NCBI GenBank assembly: GCA_965215855.1
Contig: CBDCER010000001.1
Coordinates: forward strand, 133,564-197,563
Direction of reading: 5' to 3'
DNA length: 64,000 nt
Origin: Aggregatilineales bacterium
Lineage (GTDB): Bacteria > Chloroflexota > Anaerolineae > Aggregatilineales > J027
The position numbers were made by a program, and so were the translations under genes. Shown piece by piece: positions 40,253 to 49,624 of the stretch. The notes beneath the pieces are model-generated. The model ran no database searches and was not told the origin of the DNA. It worked only from the letters and a program-made list of their open reading frames with translations. Each line of letters starts with the position of its first letter. Within the stretch, counting starts at the first letter, position 1.

Positions 40253-40708
40253 CTATTTCTTCTTGCCAGATTTGACCGCGATCAGCTTGGGTTGCACTTC
40301 GGGAACCTTCGGCAGACTCAGGGTCAGCACGCCATCTTCGAAGTTGGCATCGACCTTGTCGCCATCAACAGGCTGGGGCAGGTGGATGCGGCGGCTGAAT
40401 TTGCCATAGCGACGTTCCTGGATCAACGTGCGGCCTTCCTTTTCCTCGATAACCTGTTCGGGGATTTCGGCCTCAACGATCAGGTATTCATTGTCCAGAC
40501 GCACGTCGATGTTTTCAACGCTGACGCCAGGCAGGTCGGTGGTGACGGTGTAGGTGGTGTCATTCTCGACTACATCAACGGGCAGCGTGAAAATGCTCTC
40601 ACCGCGCTCCGCAAATCCTGGAAAGCTGTTATCAAACATGCGATCCAGGGCGCTTTGCATCGCTACCATCTCACGCAATGGGTTCACACAAATAATTCGA
40701 CGGGACAT
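40253..40708 (-). CDS. Hsp20/alpha-crystallin small heat-shock protein
   Basis: VDVVE, DLPGV, ERRYGKFSR, ANFEDGVLTLSLPK. Confidence 0.93.
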   Translation of the reverse strand: MSRRIICVNPLREMVAMQSALDRMFDNSFPGFAERGESIFTLPVDVVENDTTYTVTTDLPGVSVENIDVRLDNEYLIVEAEIPEQVIEEKEGRTLIQERRYGKFSRRIHLPQPVDGDKVDANFEDGVLTLSLPKVPEVQPKLIAVKSGKKK

Positions 40709-40927
40709 TTCAACTTTCCTCCTGTAATCAAGCTGTTTGGCTTGTTTTTTCGATTTCAGTTACGAGGATACGGCTTGAATGTAAGAAAATTTATGAGCAA
40801 TATAAGAGAAATGTTCGAGAGTATAAGAATTTCATACGAGATGGATGTGCCCAGTTCTCAGATTGAGTATCAATGGCTTAATGTTGCGTTGAGTCGCAGA
40901 TAGATGTGTGTCAAATGAATTAGAAAA

Positions 40928-41359
40928 TTACTCTATCGTTTTATATAAAAGCACAACATAGAGCGCAATCACAACCACAACAACAAAACACATTACGGCA
41001 ACCTCAGCCAGAATTTTACTAATGCCAAAATGCTGGTGAATTTCATTCGCTACCCAAAATATGATGTACCAAATGAATAAGACGCATGATGTAGCCACCA
41101 GTATAGGTAGGGCAATCGCATATGCTTTCTTAATGGAAAAATGGGCCTTATTGAACCCTCTTGATCTCATTTGATCTATGCATCCGATAAGGTTATCGGG
41201 TATTCAGCGCAACACTCAATGTCAAAGCTGCAAATTCGGTTCGATTATTGGGGATTTTGAAGGTCATAATGGCTCATTGTTCGAGAATTAAGGTTTGATA
41301 TGCGATTGCCCTACCAGTATAGGTATGCAACCAACACGTTCTTCTCTTGGTTTCAACAT
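40928..41359 (-). pseudogene. Small two-TM membrane protein (71 aa) interrupted by a MITE
   Basis: Removing 41108-41323 gives MLKPREERVGCIPILVATSCVLFIWYIIFW...LYKTIE*. With the MITE present the frame stops at TAA inside it. Confidence 0.7.
41108..41313. mobile_element. 206-bp MITE with ISAs1-type ends
   Basis: 16-bp perfect IRs TAGGGCAATCGCATAT; 10-bp TSD CCAGTATAGG at 41098-41107 and 41314-41323; ends match the IS at 4573-5791; no transposase. Confidence 0.92.
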
Positions 41360-41372
41360 AATGAAAGTCTTT

Positions 41373-41981
41373 CTAATCGAACTGGACGGGCACAATCTGA
41401 CCGCTGGATAAATCCGAAAGTTGCTGGCTGAAGGCGGGCAGTTCTTCCTCTGCAATCCGCAGAACGATCATCACTTCGGCGGCGAACTCCTCCTCGTCGA
41501 TGATGGTGTTGTAGCCTTCAATCATGCGCTTGACGAGTTCGTAGAGGTGGTAGGGGACTTCGATGCCGATGGTCTGGCGCGTGACTTTTTCCTCAACGGG
41601 CAATGCAGCCACAGCTTCGCGGGCAGTCTGTCCGTAGGCATGAACGAGACCACCTGTGCCGAGTTTGGTTCCGCCAAAATAGCGCGTGGTGACCAGCACG
41701 ACATCGCCAATGCCGGAGCCGCGCAACACGGCCAGCGATGGCGGGCCGGATGTGCCGGAGGGTTCGCCGTCGTCGCTCATGCCTTCGGTGACGCTGGAGC
41801 CATAACCCACAATGAAAGCATACACATGATGGCTGGCGTCGGGCATTTCGTCGCGGATGCTCTGGATGAAGGCTTTGGCTTCGTCTACGGTGTCGGCGCG
41901 GCCAATTGTGCCGTAGAAACGCGAATTGGAGACGCAATGTTCAACACGGATGGTGCGTTTGGGGATGGGGTAGGAAGGCAT
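41373..41981 (-). CDS. yigZ: YigZ/IMPACT family protein
   Basis: SRF, ASHHVYAF, SDDGEPSGTSG, TRYFGGTKLGTGGL. Confidence 0.9.
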   Translation of the reverse strand: MPSYPIPKRTIRVEHCVSNSRFYGTIGRADTVDEAKAFIQSIRDEMPDASHHVYAFIVGYGSSVTEGMSDDGEPSGTSGPPSLAVLRGSGIGDVVLVTTRYFGGTKLGTGGLVHAYGQTAREAVAALPVEEKVTRQTIGIEVPYHLYELVKRMIEGYNTIIDEEEFAAEVMIVLRIAEEELPAFSQQLSDLSSGQIVPVQFD

Positions 41982-41983
41982 GG

Positions 41984-44275
41984 TCAGTCCAGTAGGCGTG
42001 TAGGGTCGGTACGTCGGATATAGCGGCGAAAGGCTGCCAGTTCGTCCCAGGCATGTTGCAGGCGACTGATGTCATTTTCTACAAAATCGGCGGCAGTGAT
42101 GTGGACATTGCCACGTGGGCTGATGGTCACATTGTCGCCCAGTAGATAGTCCAGGCCCAGGCGGACGAGTTGCTCATTGACGCCTAACCGCTCGCGGAGT
42201 TGGGTCAGGGTGGTTTTGCCATCCTGGGAGTTGACGACGGTCTTGACCAGTCCGCGCAGCGTCTTGAGGAAGGCGGGCAGGCTGTCGATGGGTGATGGGG
42301 CAGCGACCAGATAGACGCGGGCGGGTTGGACAGCATTGATAGCGTGGACGATGTGGTCGAAGCCGGTGGGTGCGGTCAGGATGACCAGGGCGGCGGCGGG
42401 TTGCAGTTGGCTGAGGGGGAAGCCGGGTGATTTGCTGGCCGGGAATCCTTCGGCCCAGACAGCCAGATCGGTTTCCTGCTGGCGAATATCATCGAGTGCA
42501 TCCAGTGCGTGACCAGTAGTACGGAAGTCAATGATTTCGGCGGTTTCGACGGGGTCGGGGGTAGGGGCCTCGATTTGCTGCCAATCTACCAGCGTAACTT
42601 GTAATTCGGATACCTCGCGGTAGGTGGAAATGTCGATGGTGTAGGCCAGATCAAAACGCCCATCCAGCAGTGGTTCATCGGCGCTATTCCACCAAAACAC
42701 TGTCTGGCGATGGCCCTCACGGTCTTGCACGGTCACGCGGCGATGCTGGTTGTTTTTGCCGAGTTTGGCAGTGCTGGCGGTAGATAAATCAGGTGTGACG
42801 AAGATAGGTTGTGGATTGCCCGCGCCGAAGGGGGCCAGTCGCCGCAACTGGTAGGCGAAATCCAGCGATAGGTTTTCCAATGATAATTGACCGTCAATCG
42901 AGATTTCATCGGGCGGCACATCCTGGCGCACATCAGCGAAGGCTTGCGAGAGGCGACGGCGCAATAGCGGGGCGTTGTCCCCATCCACCGATAATCCGCC
43001 TGCGCCTTCATGACCGCCATATTTCAGCAGAATACTATCCAATTGAGCCAGCGCCTCGCCGACATGGTAGCCGGGGATGCTGCGAAGGGAGCCGCGCATT
43101 GAGCCATCATCGGCGGTGACGAGCATAGCAACCGGCTTGTGATAGGTTTCGGCCAAACGAGCTGCGACGATACCCACCACACCGCTATGCCAGTTGGGGC
43201 TGCTGAGGACGAGGCTCTCCCAATTGAGCAGGGTGGGATCGCGTTCGATTTGCTCCTGGGCCGCAGCATAAACCTGGTCAGTCAGCATCCGGCGGCGGCG
43301 ATTGAGGCCATCGGCTTCCTGGGCAAGTTGCTGGGCGGTGACGGGGTCGGTGGTGGTCAAGAGTTCGACAGCTTTTTCGGCAGTATCGAGGCGACCCAAT
43401 GCGTTAAGAGCTGGCGCGACGCGAAAGCCGATGTCGGATTCGGTCAGGGTAGCGGGGTTGATGCTGAACTGGCGACAGAGTGCGATGAGGCCGGGACGCT
43501 CGGTTTTGTGGAGAGCACGAAGACCTAATTGCACCAGATAGCGCGTATCGTTGATGAGTTCCACCACGTCGGCCACCAGGCCAATTGCTACCAAATCCAG
43601 GAAACGCCGCGCTTCTGAGGCACGGTTTTGGGCGGTGTAGAGGGCTTGTAGCAGCAGATAGCTGACTCCAACGCCCGATAGTGTCCGCAGCGGGTGATTT
43701 TCGTTTTGGAGGCGTAGTGGATTGATAAGCGCATCGGCGGGTGGTAGTGTTTCAGGGAGTTCGTGATGGTCAGCGATGATGGTTGGGATGCCGAGCGATT
43801 TGACATGGGCAATGGCTTCGACATCCGCCGAACCAGTATCGCAGACCAGCAGCAAATCAGGCGATTGTTCATTGAGCATTGGCACTAAACTGCTGAGATG
43901 CACGCCGTGCGATTCACGCTGGCGGTTGGGGATGTAGTAGCTGACATCCAGGCCAAGTCGCTGCAAGCCTTCAACCAGGATAGCGGTGGAGGTCTGGCCG
44001 TCGGCGTCGAAATCGCCCCAGACGAGGACATGGGCGTTTTCTTGTGCAATGAGTTTGCTCAGAATGGCGATGGCACGATCCAGGTCGGGCAGTTGAGATG
44101 GCAGCGCCGGGTGGTAGTGTTCGGGCGAGAGATGGGCGGCGGCGGTTTCTGCGTCATCAATGCCGCGTTGATGCAGGATAGCCAGTAATTCGGGTGGTAA
44201 GGGGCCGCCAGGCAGTTGCCAGTCGCTTTCAGGGAGTGGGCCATCAATGGTATAGCGCCAGACTTTATCTGTCAT
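41984..44275 (-). CDS. recJ: Single-stranded-DNA exonuclease RecJ with C-terminal extension
   Basis: GDFDADG, CDTG, ADHH, VADVV, PALNALGRL, GSLRS, GGHEGAGG, APFGAGNPQP. Confidence 0.93.
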   Translation of the reverse strand: MTDKVWRYTIDGPLPESDWQLPGGPLPPELLAILHQRGIDDAETAAAHLSPEHYHPALPSQLPDLDRAIAILSKLIAQENAHVLVWGDFDADGQTSTAILVEGLQRLGLDVSYYIPNRQRESHGVHLSSLVPMLNEQSPDLLLVCDTGSADVEAIAHVKSLGIPTIIADHHELPETLPPADALINPLRLQNENHPLRTLSGVGVSYLLLQALYTAQNRASEARRFLDLVAIGLVADVVELINDTRYLVQLGLRALHKTERPGLIALCRQFSINPATLTESDIGFRVAPALNALGRLDTAEKAVELLTTTDPVTAQQLAQEADGLNRRRRMLTDQVYAAAQEQIERDPTLLNWESLVLSSPNWHSGVVGIVAARLAETYHKPVAMLVTADDGSMRGSLRSIPGYHVGEALAQLDSILLKYGGHEGAGGLSVDGDNAPLLRRRLSQAFADVRQDVPPDEISIDGQLSLENLSLDFAYQLRRLAPFGAGNPQPIFVTPDLSTASTAKLGKNNQHRRVTVQDREGHRQTVFWWNSADEPLLDGRFDLAYTIDISTYREVSELQVTLVDWQQIEAPTPDPVETAEIIDFRTTGHALDALDDIRQQETDLAVWAEGFPASKSPGFPLSQLQPAAALVILTAPTGFDHIVHAINAVQPARVYLVAAPSPIDSLPAFLKTLRGLVKTVVNSQDGKTTLTQLRERLGVNEQLVRLGLDYLLGDNVTISPRGNVHITAADFVENDISRLQHAWDELAAFRRYIRRTDPTRLLD

Positions 44276-44277
44276 GA

Positions 44278-45105
44278 CTAAAACTCCACTGCTGAGGTAT
44301 CCAGCGGCAGGGTATCATCTAGCCGCCAGTAATTGTCCAAATCCTCCGCCGTGATGTCGCTGATGGTAGGGCTGGTGCCGCGTTCGCAGAGGCCGCGATA
44401 GTAACAAAAACGGCAAGGCCGCTCGTCGGGTACTTTGGGGAAATCGGAACTGTCGATAGCGGCGATGACGGATTGGATGCGGCTTTTGTACTCGTCAGCA
44501 GATTGCTGGTTGATGTTGAAGGTGCGTATTTCCCCATCGACGATACCCGCATAGATCAGCACGTAGTTGGCGATAGGCGTTGTGACCAGCCGGACGGCTT
44601 CTGTGAACAAAATATAGCCGTAAACAATGGTCTGCATCCGGCGTGATAACCTGGATTCAGATGGTAGTCTGCCGGTTTTCCAGTCTACGGCGAACAGCGT
44701 ATCTTTTTGTCGGCCAATCAGGTCAAACTTGGCGAGCAGCGGGCGGCTATCCAGCGTCGTCGATAGCGATATTTCGGGCCATGCTCGCTCGAATTCTCCC
44801 AGACGTTTCAAAATATCCTGGTAACGCCGGAACCAATCCTGCAAGGTCGAGTCGGCGTTGCGGAGAAGTGCCTCATCTGGGATGCCGAGTTGGTGACGTT
44901 CGACCATCAGGTGGAAGCGTTGGCCGCGCTGCATGGCGTTCTCAAAATCAGCCTGCGGCTCAATGAGCGGCGAGGGCCATTGTTGGTTGAGGATGTATTT
45001 CAGGTAGAAGCGGCGCGGACAATCCTCAAAATCCTGTAGTTTGGATTGGGTGAATTGAAAACCACGCGGCAGACTGAGCGCGGCGTCAACTTGAAGATCA
45101 GCCAT
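44278..45105 (-). CDS. PD-(D/E)XK nuclease, AddB/Cas4-like, four Cys (Fe-S staple)
   Basis: SKLQDFEDCPRRF, GQRFH, E...AKFDL...VDWKTG, Q...Y, CRFCYYRGLC. Confidence 0.88.
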   Translation of the reverse strand: MADLQVDAALSLPRGFQFTQSKLQDFEDCPRRFYLKYILNQQWPSPLIEPQADFENAMQRGQRFHLMVERHQLGIPDEALLRNADSTLQDWFRRYQDILKRLGEFERAWPEISLSTTLDSRPLLAKFDLIGRQKDTLFAVDWKTGRLPSESRLSRRMQTIVYGYILFTEAVRLVTTPIANYVLIYAGIVDGEIRTFNINQQSADEYKSRIQSVIAAIDSSDFPKVPDERPCRFCYYRGLCERGTSPTISDITAEDLDNYWRLDDTLPLDTSAVEF

Positions 45106-47371
45106 TCAGATGCTCCAACAGATGAATGAGTGGCAGGGCAGGTTGCTTAACACGATGGCCGCCTTGTTCCCAGAAACGTCCGGTGTTCCAGGTAATGATA
45201 AGCTCGGATTTGGCGCGGGTGATGCCCACATAGAGCAGGCGCAGACGTTCGGCGGCGTTGGCGAAACGATCTTGCTTCGAGGCATCGCCCAGGTGATAGT
45301 TTGCTAGTTTGCCGTCGATCAATGCCTGGAGTTGGGCCATGATTTCGGCTTCCAGATTGAGATTGTCGCGCACGAACCATTTTTCGCCGATGAATTCTTC
45401 ATATTCCAGGGCGGATGGGAAGCTATAGTTGTTGACGGCCATCAGGTAGACACGATCCCATTCCAGCCCCTTAGCGGCGTGTAGGGTGGCGATGGTGATG
45501 GTGCTGGGTTTGGGTTCGTAGCCAGTTTCGCTATCGTCGAAGCCGATGAAGCGGCGCTCGTTTTCGCTGATGCGGCGCAGCTCTTCAGCGAATTCGGTCA
45601 GGCGATAGCTGGCATGATCCCGTGAGATGCTTTTGAGGACGACGGCGATTTTGTAGGCCAGGGCGATGTCGGCGGGGTCGGTAAAAATGTCGCCGCTGAT
45701 GGTTAAGACAAGTTGGTCGATAGGCAGACTGGTTGCATCTAGCCAGCGGCGGATTAGGATGATGAAAGCCTGGAGATCGGCTTGCCACTCATCGTCAAGG
45801 CTGGTTACTTTCAATACCTCGCGCCAGTCGGTCTCAACAGGCCAAATAATTTCTTCAACACGATTCAGGCGACTGAGTAAGCGGGCGATGGGGGGCCGCG
45901 CGTTGTCTTCATCTTCATCGTCGTTGTCTACTCCTAGTGCAGAAATGTGGCGTAGCCAGACTCCATGATAGGTTTGGGCTAATTTGCGGGCGCTGCGAGG
46001 ATCGGCCAGGTAGTCCATCACGAAGCCGAGAATACGGGCGGTTTGGCGTGTTTCGGTGGTGCTGCGGAGCAATTCTTCGTAATCTAGATGATGGTGTTTT
46101 AGTTGCTCGGCCAATTGATAGCCCCGGTTGTTTTCCGGCACGAGGACGGCGACGGTTTTATCGGGATTATCTGGTAGCCAGTTGAGTAGATTTCGCACCA
46201 CCATATTCAGTTCGTCATCGGGCGTCAGTTGCTTGTTGGCGGGGTAAATATAGATATTCGAGACGGCGTCTCGGGGATTTTCTTGCACATCGCCAGGTTC
46301 GGTGGGTTCAATACGCTGGAAGTAGAAGGCGTCACGTAGCGTCGAAACGGGATGGTCATAGACGCTCCAGCGGGCAAGTTCGTTGGCGAGTTCCATGATT
46401 TTGCGCGAGGAACGTCCAGATTTGCTGAGGGGGTGTTCGCGGACATCGTCACGAGCCAGAAATTCGCGCAAATAGCGTAGATCGGCAGTGGTGAACGTGG
46501 TGTTGATGGCCTGATTGGGATCACCAACGCGCACCCAGTTTTTGCCAGCGGAGAGCAGTTCGAGCATCTCTTGTTGGAGCTTGCTGCTGTCCTGGGCTTC
46601 GTCTTCCAGGATGTACGGCCATTTTTCGCGCTGACGTTTGAGGAAGCGTTCGTCTTCTTCCAATGCGATCAGTGCCAGCCGTACCAGGTCATCGAAATCT
46701 ACCGCGCCGCGATAGGCCAGGCTGCGCTGATAGTCTTGATAAACAGTGACGGCGAAGCGGGCCAGATCGAAGGTTTCATCAGTTCCATTCAATGCGTTTA
46801 ACAGGTCTTCGGGAGTCTGGCGGTGGGCTTTGGCATTGCTAATGAAACGGGCAGCTAGGTCTTCGAGGGCGACTGGCAGGTGATGTTGAAAGACACGATT
46901 CTGCTGGTTTTCGCTAATATCTTCGTCGAGTATCCAAGCCAGACGCGGACGCCATTCGGGAAGATGGGCGTTGACGGCTTCAATTTGTATATTACGCGAG
47001 ACACGTTCATCGACAATGCGAAAGTCTTCAGCCAGACCAACCAGGGTCGGGCGCTCGCGCACGATGTCATGGGCCAGGCCGTGCAGGGTGCGGACGCGGT
47101 AGCCGCTATAGGGCAATAAGCCGCGCTCGTGTTCCAGGATATGGGCGATGCGGCTTTTGAAACTGTTGACAGCGGAATTGGTGAAGGTCACGATGAGGAC
47201 CTCGCGCTCGTTCTTAAAGCTACGCGAGTCTAGGCGTTGCACCAATTGAGCAGCGAGATGCGATAGGGTGAAGGTTTTGCCGCTGCCAGGGACGGCGGAA
47301 ATACCCATCAGACCCCGACTGTAGCCGCCGATGATGTCCCATTGTTGCTGGCGAAACTTAAAGTCAGTCAT
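45098..47371 (-). CDS. UvrD/REP-family ATP-dependent helicase
   Basis: [60 protein letters not shown]. Confidence 0.93.
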   Translation of the reverse strand: MTDFKFRQQQWDIIGGYSRGLMGISAVPGSGKTFTLSHLAAQLVQRLDSRSFKNEREVLIVTFTNSAVNSFKSRIAHILEHERGLLPYSGYRVRTLHGLAHDIVRERPTLVGLAEDFRIVDERVSRNIQIEAVNAHLPEWRPRLAWILDEDISENQQNRVFQHHLPVALEDLAARFISNAKAHRQTPEDLLNALNGTDETFDLARFAVTVYQDYQRSLAYRGAVDFDDLVRLALIALEEDERFLKRQREKWPYILEDEAQDSSKLQQEMLELLSAGKNWVRVGDPNQAINTTFTTADLRYLREFLARDDVREHPLSKSGRSSRKIMELANELARWSVYDHPVSTLRDAFYFQRIEPTEPGDVQENPRDAVSNIYIYPANKQLTPDDELNMVVRNLLNWLPDNPDKTVAVLVPENNRGYQLAEQLKHHHLDYEELLRSTTETRQTARILGFVMDYLADPRSARKLAQTYHGVWLRHISALGVDNDDEDEDNARPPIARLLSRLNRVEEIIWPVETDWREVLKVTSLDDEWQADLQAFIILIRRWLDATSLPIDQLVLTISGDIFTDPADIALAYKIAVVLKSISRDHASYRLTEFAEELRRISENERRFIGFDDSETGYEPKPSTITIATLHAAKGLEWDRVYLMAVNNYSFPSALEYEEFIGEKWFVRDNLNLEAEIMAQLQALIDGKLANYHLGDASKQDRFANAAERLRLLYVGITRAKSELIITWNTGRFWEQGGHRVKQPALPLIHLLEHLNG

Positions 47372-49419
47372 GCGTCACCTTCGGGACGAAGAATATGCTG
47401 GAACAAATGTAGCAACGGTCCGCGTTGCTCGAAGCCTTGTTCGCCCAGGTCAGCAATGGCAAGGAAGAGCTGCTGGTGACAGCGGCGCACCAATCCCAAC
47501 ACCAGTCGGTAGAGCGTTTGCCAATTGGTATCTTGTTCGTCTTCATCAGTCCAGATATGATCGACCGGATAATCGCGGCGCAAAACATAGGGGTGGGTCA
47601 GCGGCTGATCCAGACGTTCGCCCCAGGCTTGACTACCGACGTCAATCCAGAATTGGTAATCCACTGGGCGGTTCCGCATCAAGTAGGTGTAGGCGGGCGC
47701 GATGAACACAGCGTCGGTTTCTTCTTTTTGCCAGCTAAGAGGGTGGAAAGCGGCCAATAAGCCCTCGCTGACGAGTTCACGATAGATATGCCAGACGGGT
47801 GACCAATCGTCTGTTCCTTCGGGGTAGAGTGCTACGCGGAAACTGTAGGCTGAATCAATCAGTTGAGCAGCGACAGTTCCGGTATCCAAATCGGTCTGGA
47901 AGCCAAAGCCAGTCTGCGTAGCAACATCGCCGAATAGGCTTCGTAGGAAATGGTCGGGCGGGGTGGACGCTGCCAGTTCACGTTGCTGGAGGAGCCAATC
48001 GCGCAGATGTTGATAGCGTTCGCCGCTGGTGTAGGTGATGCGTTGCTGCATCGTGGCGTTGATGATGTCGAAGGGGCCGGGTTCGTGCCTGCCTACACCA
48101 TATACAATGTCGGTCAAAAGCCCGGCACGGATTGGATCGAGGCCATCTATCAGTTGCACAAGGGCACTGGCGAAATCGTTGGCTTGTGGCGTGGTCGGTT
48201 CAGTGGGGTTAACCAGTTGCATCAGCGTCAGCATGGCCCGTGCTGCTGGTTCTTCACGGATGGCGCGTGATGGACGGTGGGAGACGATGGGTACGCCTGC
48301 ATTTTCGAGGCGATTCATGACGGAAAAGCGCAATGAGTCATTTAGGAATGGAGCGATGAGAACGATTTCGCGGGGCGAGATGCGTTGGTTGTGGACCAGA
48401 TCTATAACCTGTTCACAAACCCAATCTAGCATTTGGGGGTAGAAGGTATAGAACTGGTAGGTGAACGCGGCTTCGGGATCACCGGTGGGAGCCGGAATAT
48501 CTCCCGTGTCGTCAAATGCTTGAGCAACAGCTTGCTCCAGGTGTTGCAAGGGCGGCGATTGCCCATGAGCGGTTGCGTGGACTTCATGCGACTGGCAGAG
48601 GTCGCGCAGGTGATGGGCCGCGTCGGGTTCTGCACCCAGGAAAATGCGATATCCAGCGTCGCTATCGTAGACCAGCAAGGCGGATTCGAGTGACGGCCAC
48701 AGCCAGCGAATGAAGTCGAGCGCAACAGGGCTATTTTCTTCGATGTTGTCAGCAACCAGGTGGCGATATTGTTTCCGCAGATAGGCAGCCGATTGCTCTA
48801 TGTTCAGAATGTGGCGGGTAAAGACTTCGATTTGTAACGAGAAATCTAGCAAATTGTGTTGCAGACAGTGGGCGCGGAAATTTTGGGCGACTTCCTGCCA
48901 AGTGCGATAAACCATGTGGCGGCTAGAATGCCCTCCCCAGGCGGCAATAAGGCGCTCGGTTACGTCTTCGATGTTAAAGCCGTTGATGGCAGCTTTGGAG
49001 AGGTTATCGAGTGCCTGGGCAATCAAACGGGCACGGGGCACGCTGACACTATCGAAACGTCCGGTCTGAGTGGCCTCATCGACAAATTGGGCCATGTGAT
49101 ATTGAGCAGTTTCGATGGTCAGAAAAGTGGGTTCTGTATCGCCTGCAAAACCAGCAGGTTCGGCGATTAAGGGCCAGAATCGCTCGGCACTGCGGCGGGC
49201 CAGACCACCGATGGTCACAATATCGACGCCAGCGACATTCGACCAGCCGGATTCCACCAAGTTGATTTGATAAGGACGTCCCAGTGTACGTTGGGGAACG
49301 AGTGCCAGAACCGCGTATGGGGAGACGTCATCTTCTAGCAGGGAATGTAGATGTTGCATAGCAGCGGTTGTTTTACCAGTTCCCGCCGGACCTTCTAGGA
49401 ATGTTGTTGTCATGGGCAT
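47368..49419 (-). CDS. UvrD-like protein with degenerate helicase motifs (AddB/RecC-like partner, no nuclease domain)
   Basis: Walker A GPAGTGKT retained; Walker B is ADNIEE, motif III YDSDAGYRIFLGA, motif VI GLVRRC; ATGA overlap with the next gene. Confidence 0.72.
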   Translation of the reverse strand: MPMTTTFLEGPAGTGKTTAAMQHLHSLLEDDVSPYAVLALVPQRTLGRPYQINLVESGWSNVAGVDIVTIGGLARRSAERFWPLIAEPAGFAGDTEPTFLTIETAQYHMAQFVDEATQTGRFDSVSVPRARLIAQALDNLSKAAINGFNIEDVTERLIAAWGGHSSRHMVYRTWQEVAQNFRAHCLQHNLLDFSLQIEVFTRHILNIEQSAAYLRKQYRHLVADNIEENSPVALDFIRWLWPSLESALLVYDSDAGYRIFLGAEPDAAHHLRDLCQSHEVHATAHGQSPPLQHLEQAVAQAFDDTGDIPAPTGDPEAAFTYQFYTFYPQMLDWVCEQVIDLVHNQRISPREIVLIAPFLNDSLRFSVMNRLENAGVPIVSHRPSRAIREEPAARAMLTLMQLVNPTEPTTPQANDFASALVQLIDGLDPIRAGLLTDIVYGVGRHEPGPFDIINATMQQRITYTSGERYQHLRDWLLQQRELAASTPPDHFLRSLFGDVATQTGFGFQTDLDTGTVAAQLIDSAYSFRVALYPEGTDDWSPVWHIYRELVSEGLLAAFHPLSWQKEETDAVFIAPAYTYLMRNRPVDYQFWIDVGSQAWGERLDQPLTHPYVLRRDYPVDHIWTDEDEQDTNWQTLYRLVLGLVRRCHQQLFLAIADLGEQGFEQRGPLLHLFQHILRPEGDA

Positions 49420-49624
49420 ATTCAGGTTGATGGAAATCGTTAATAGCAGACCTATTTTATCATAGAATGGCCGTTTTCAGGCGATTAATCTGGTATGAAT
49501 CATACGGCCTCATGCGCGATTCATCTTGCAGCCGTATGCTTAAATCTGAGATAGAGTTGCCAGACATCAGCCAGACTATTAAGATTGATGGGCAACTAGA
49601 TATCTCAGAACCAAAGGATTTTTT

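Noticed and set aside
44278-45105. cas4 / CRISPR-Cas locus
   Set aside because: No cas1, cas2 or array in the window; the context is helicases and recJ.
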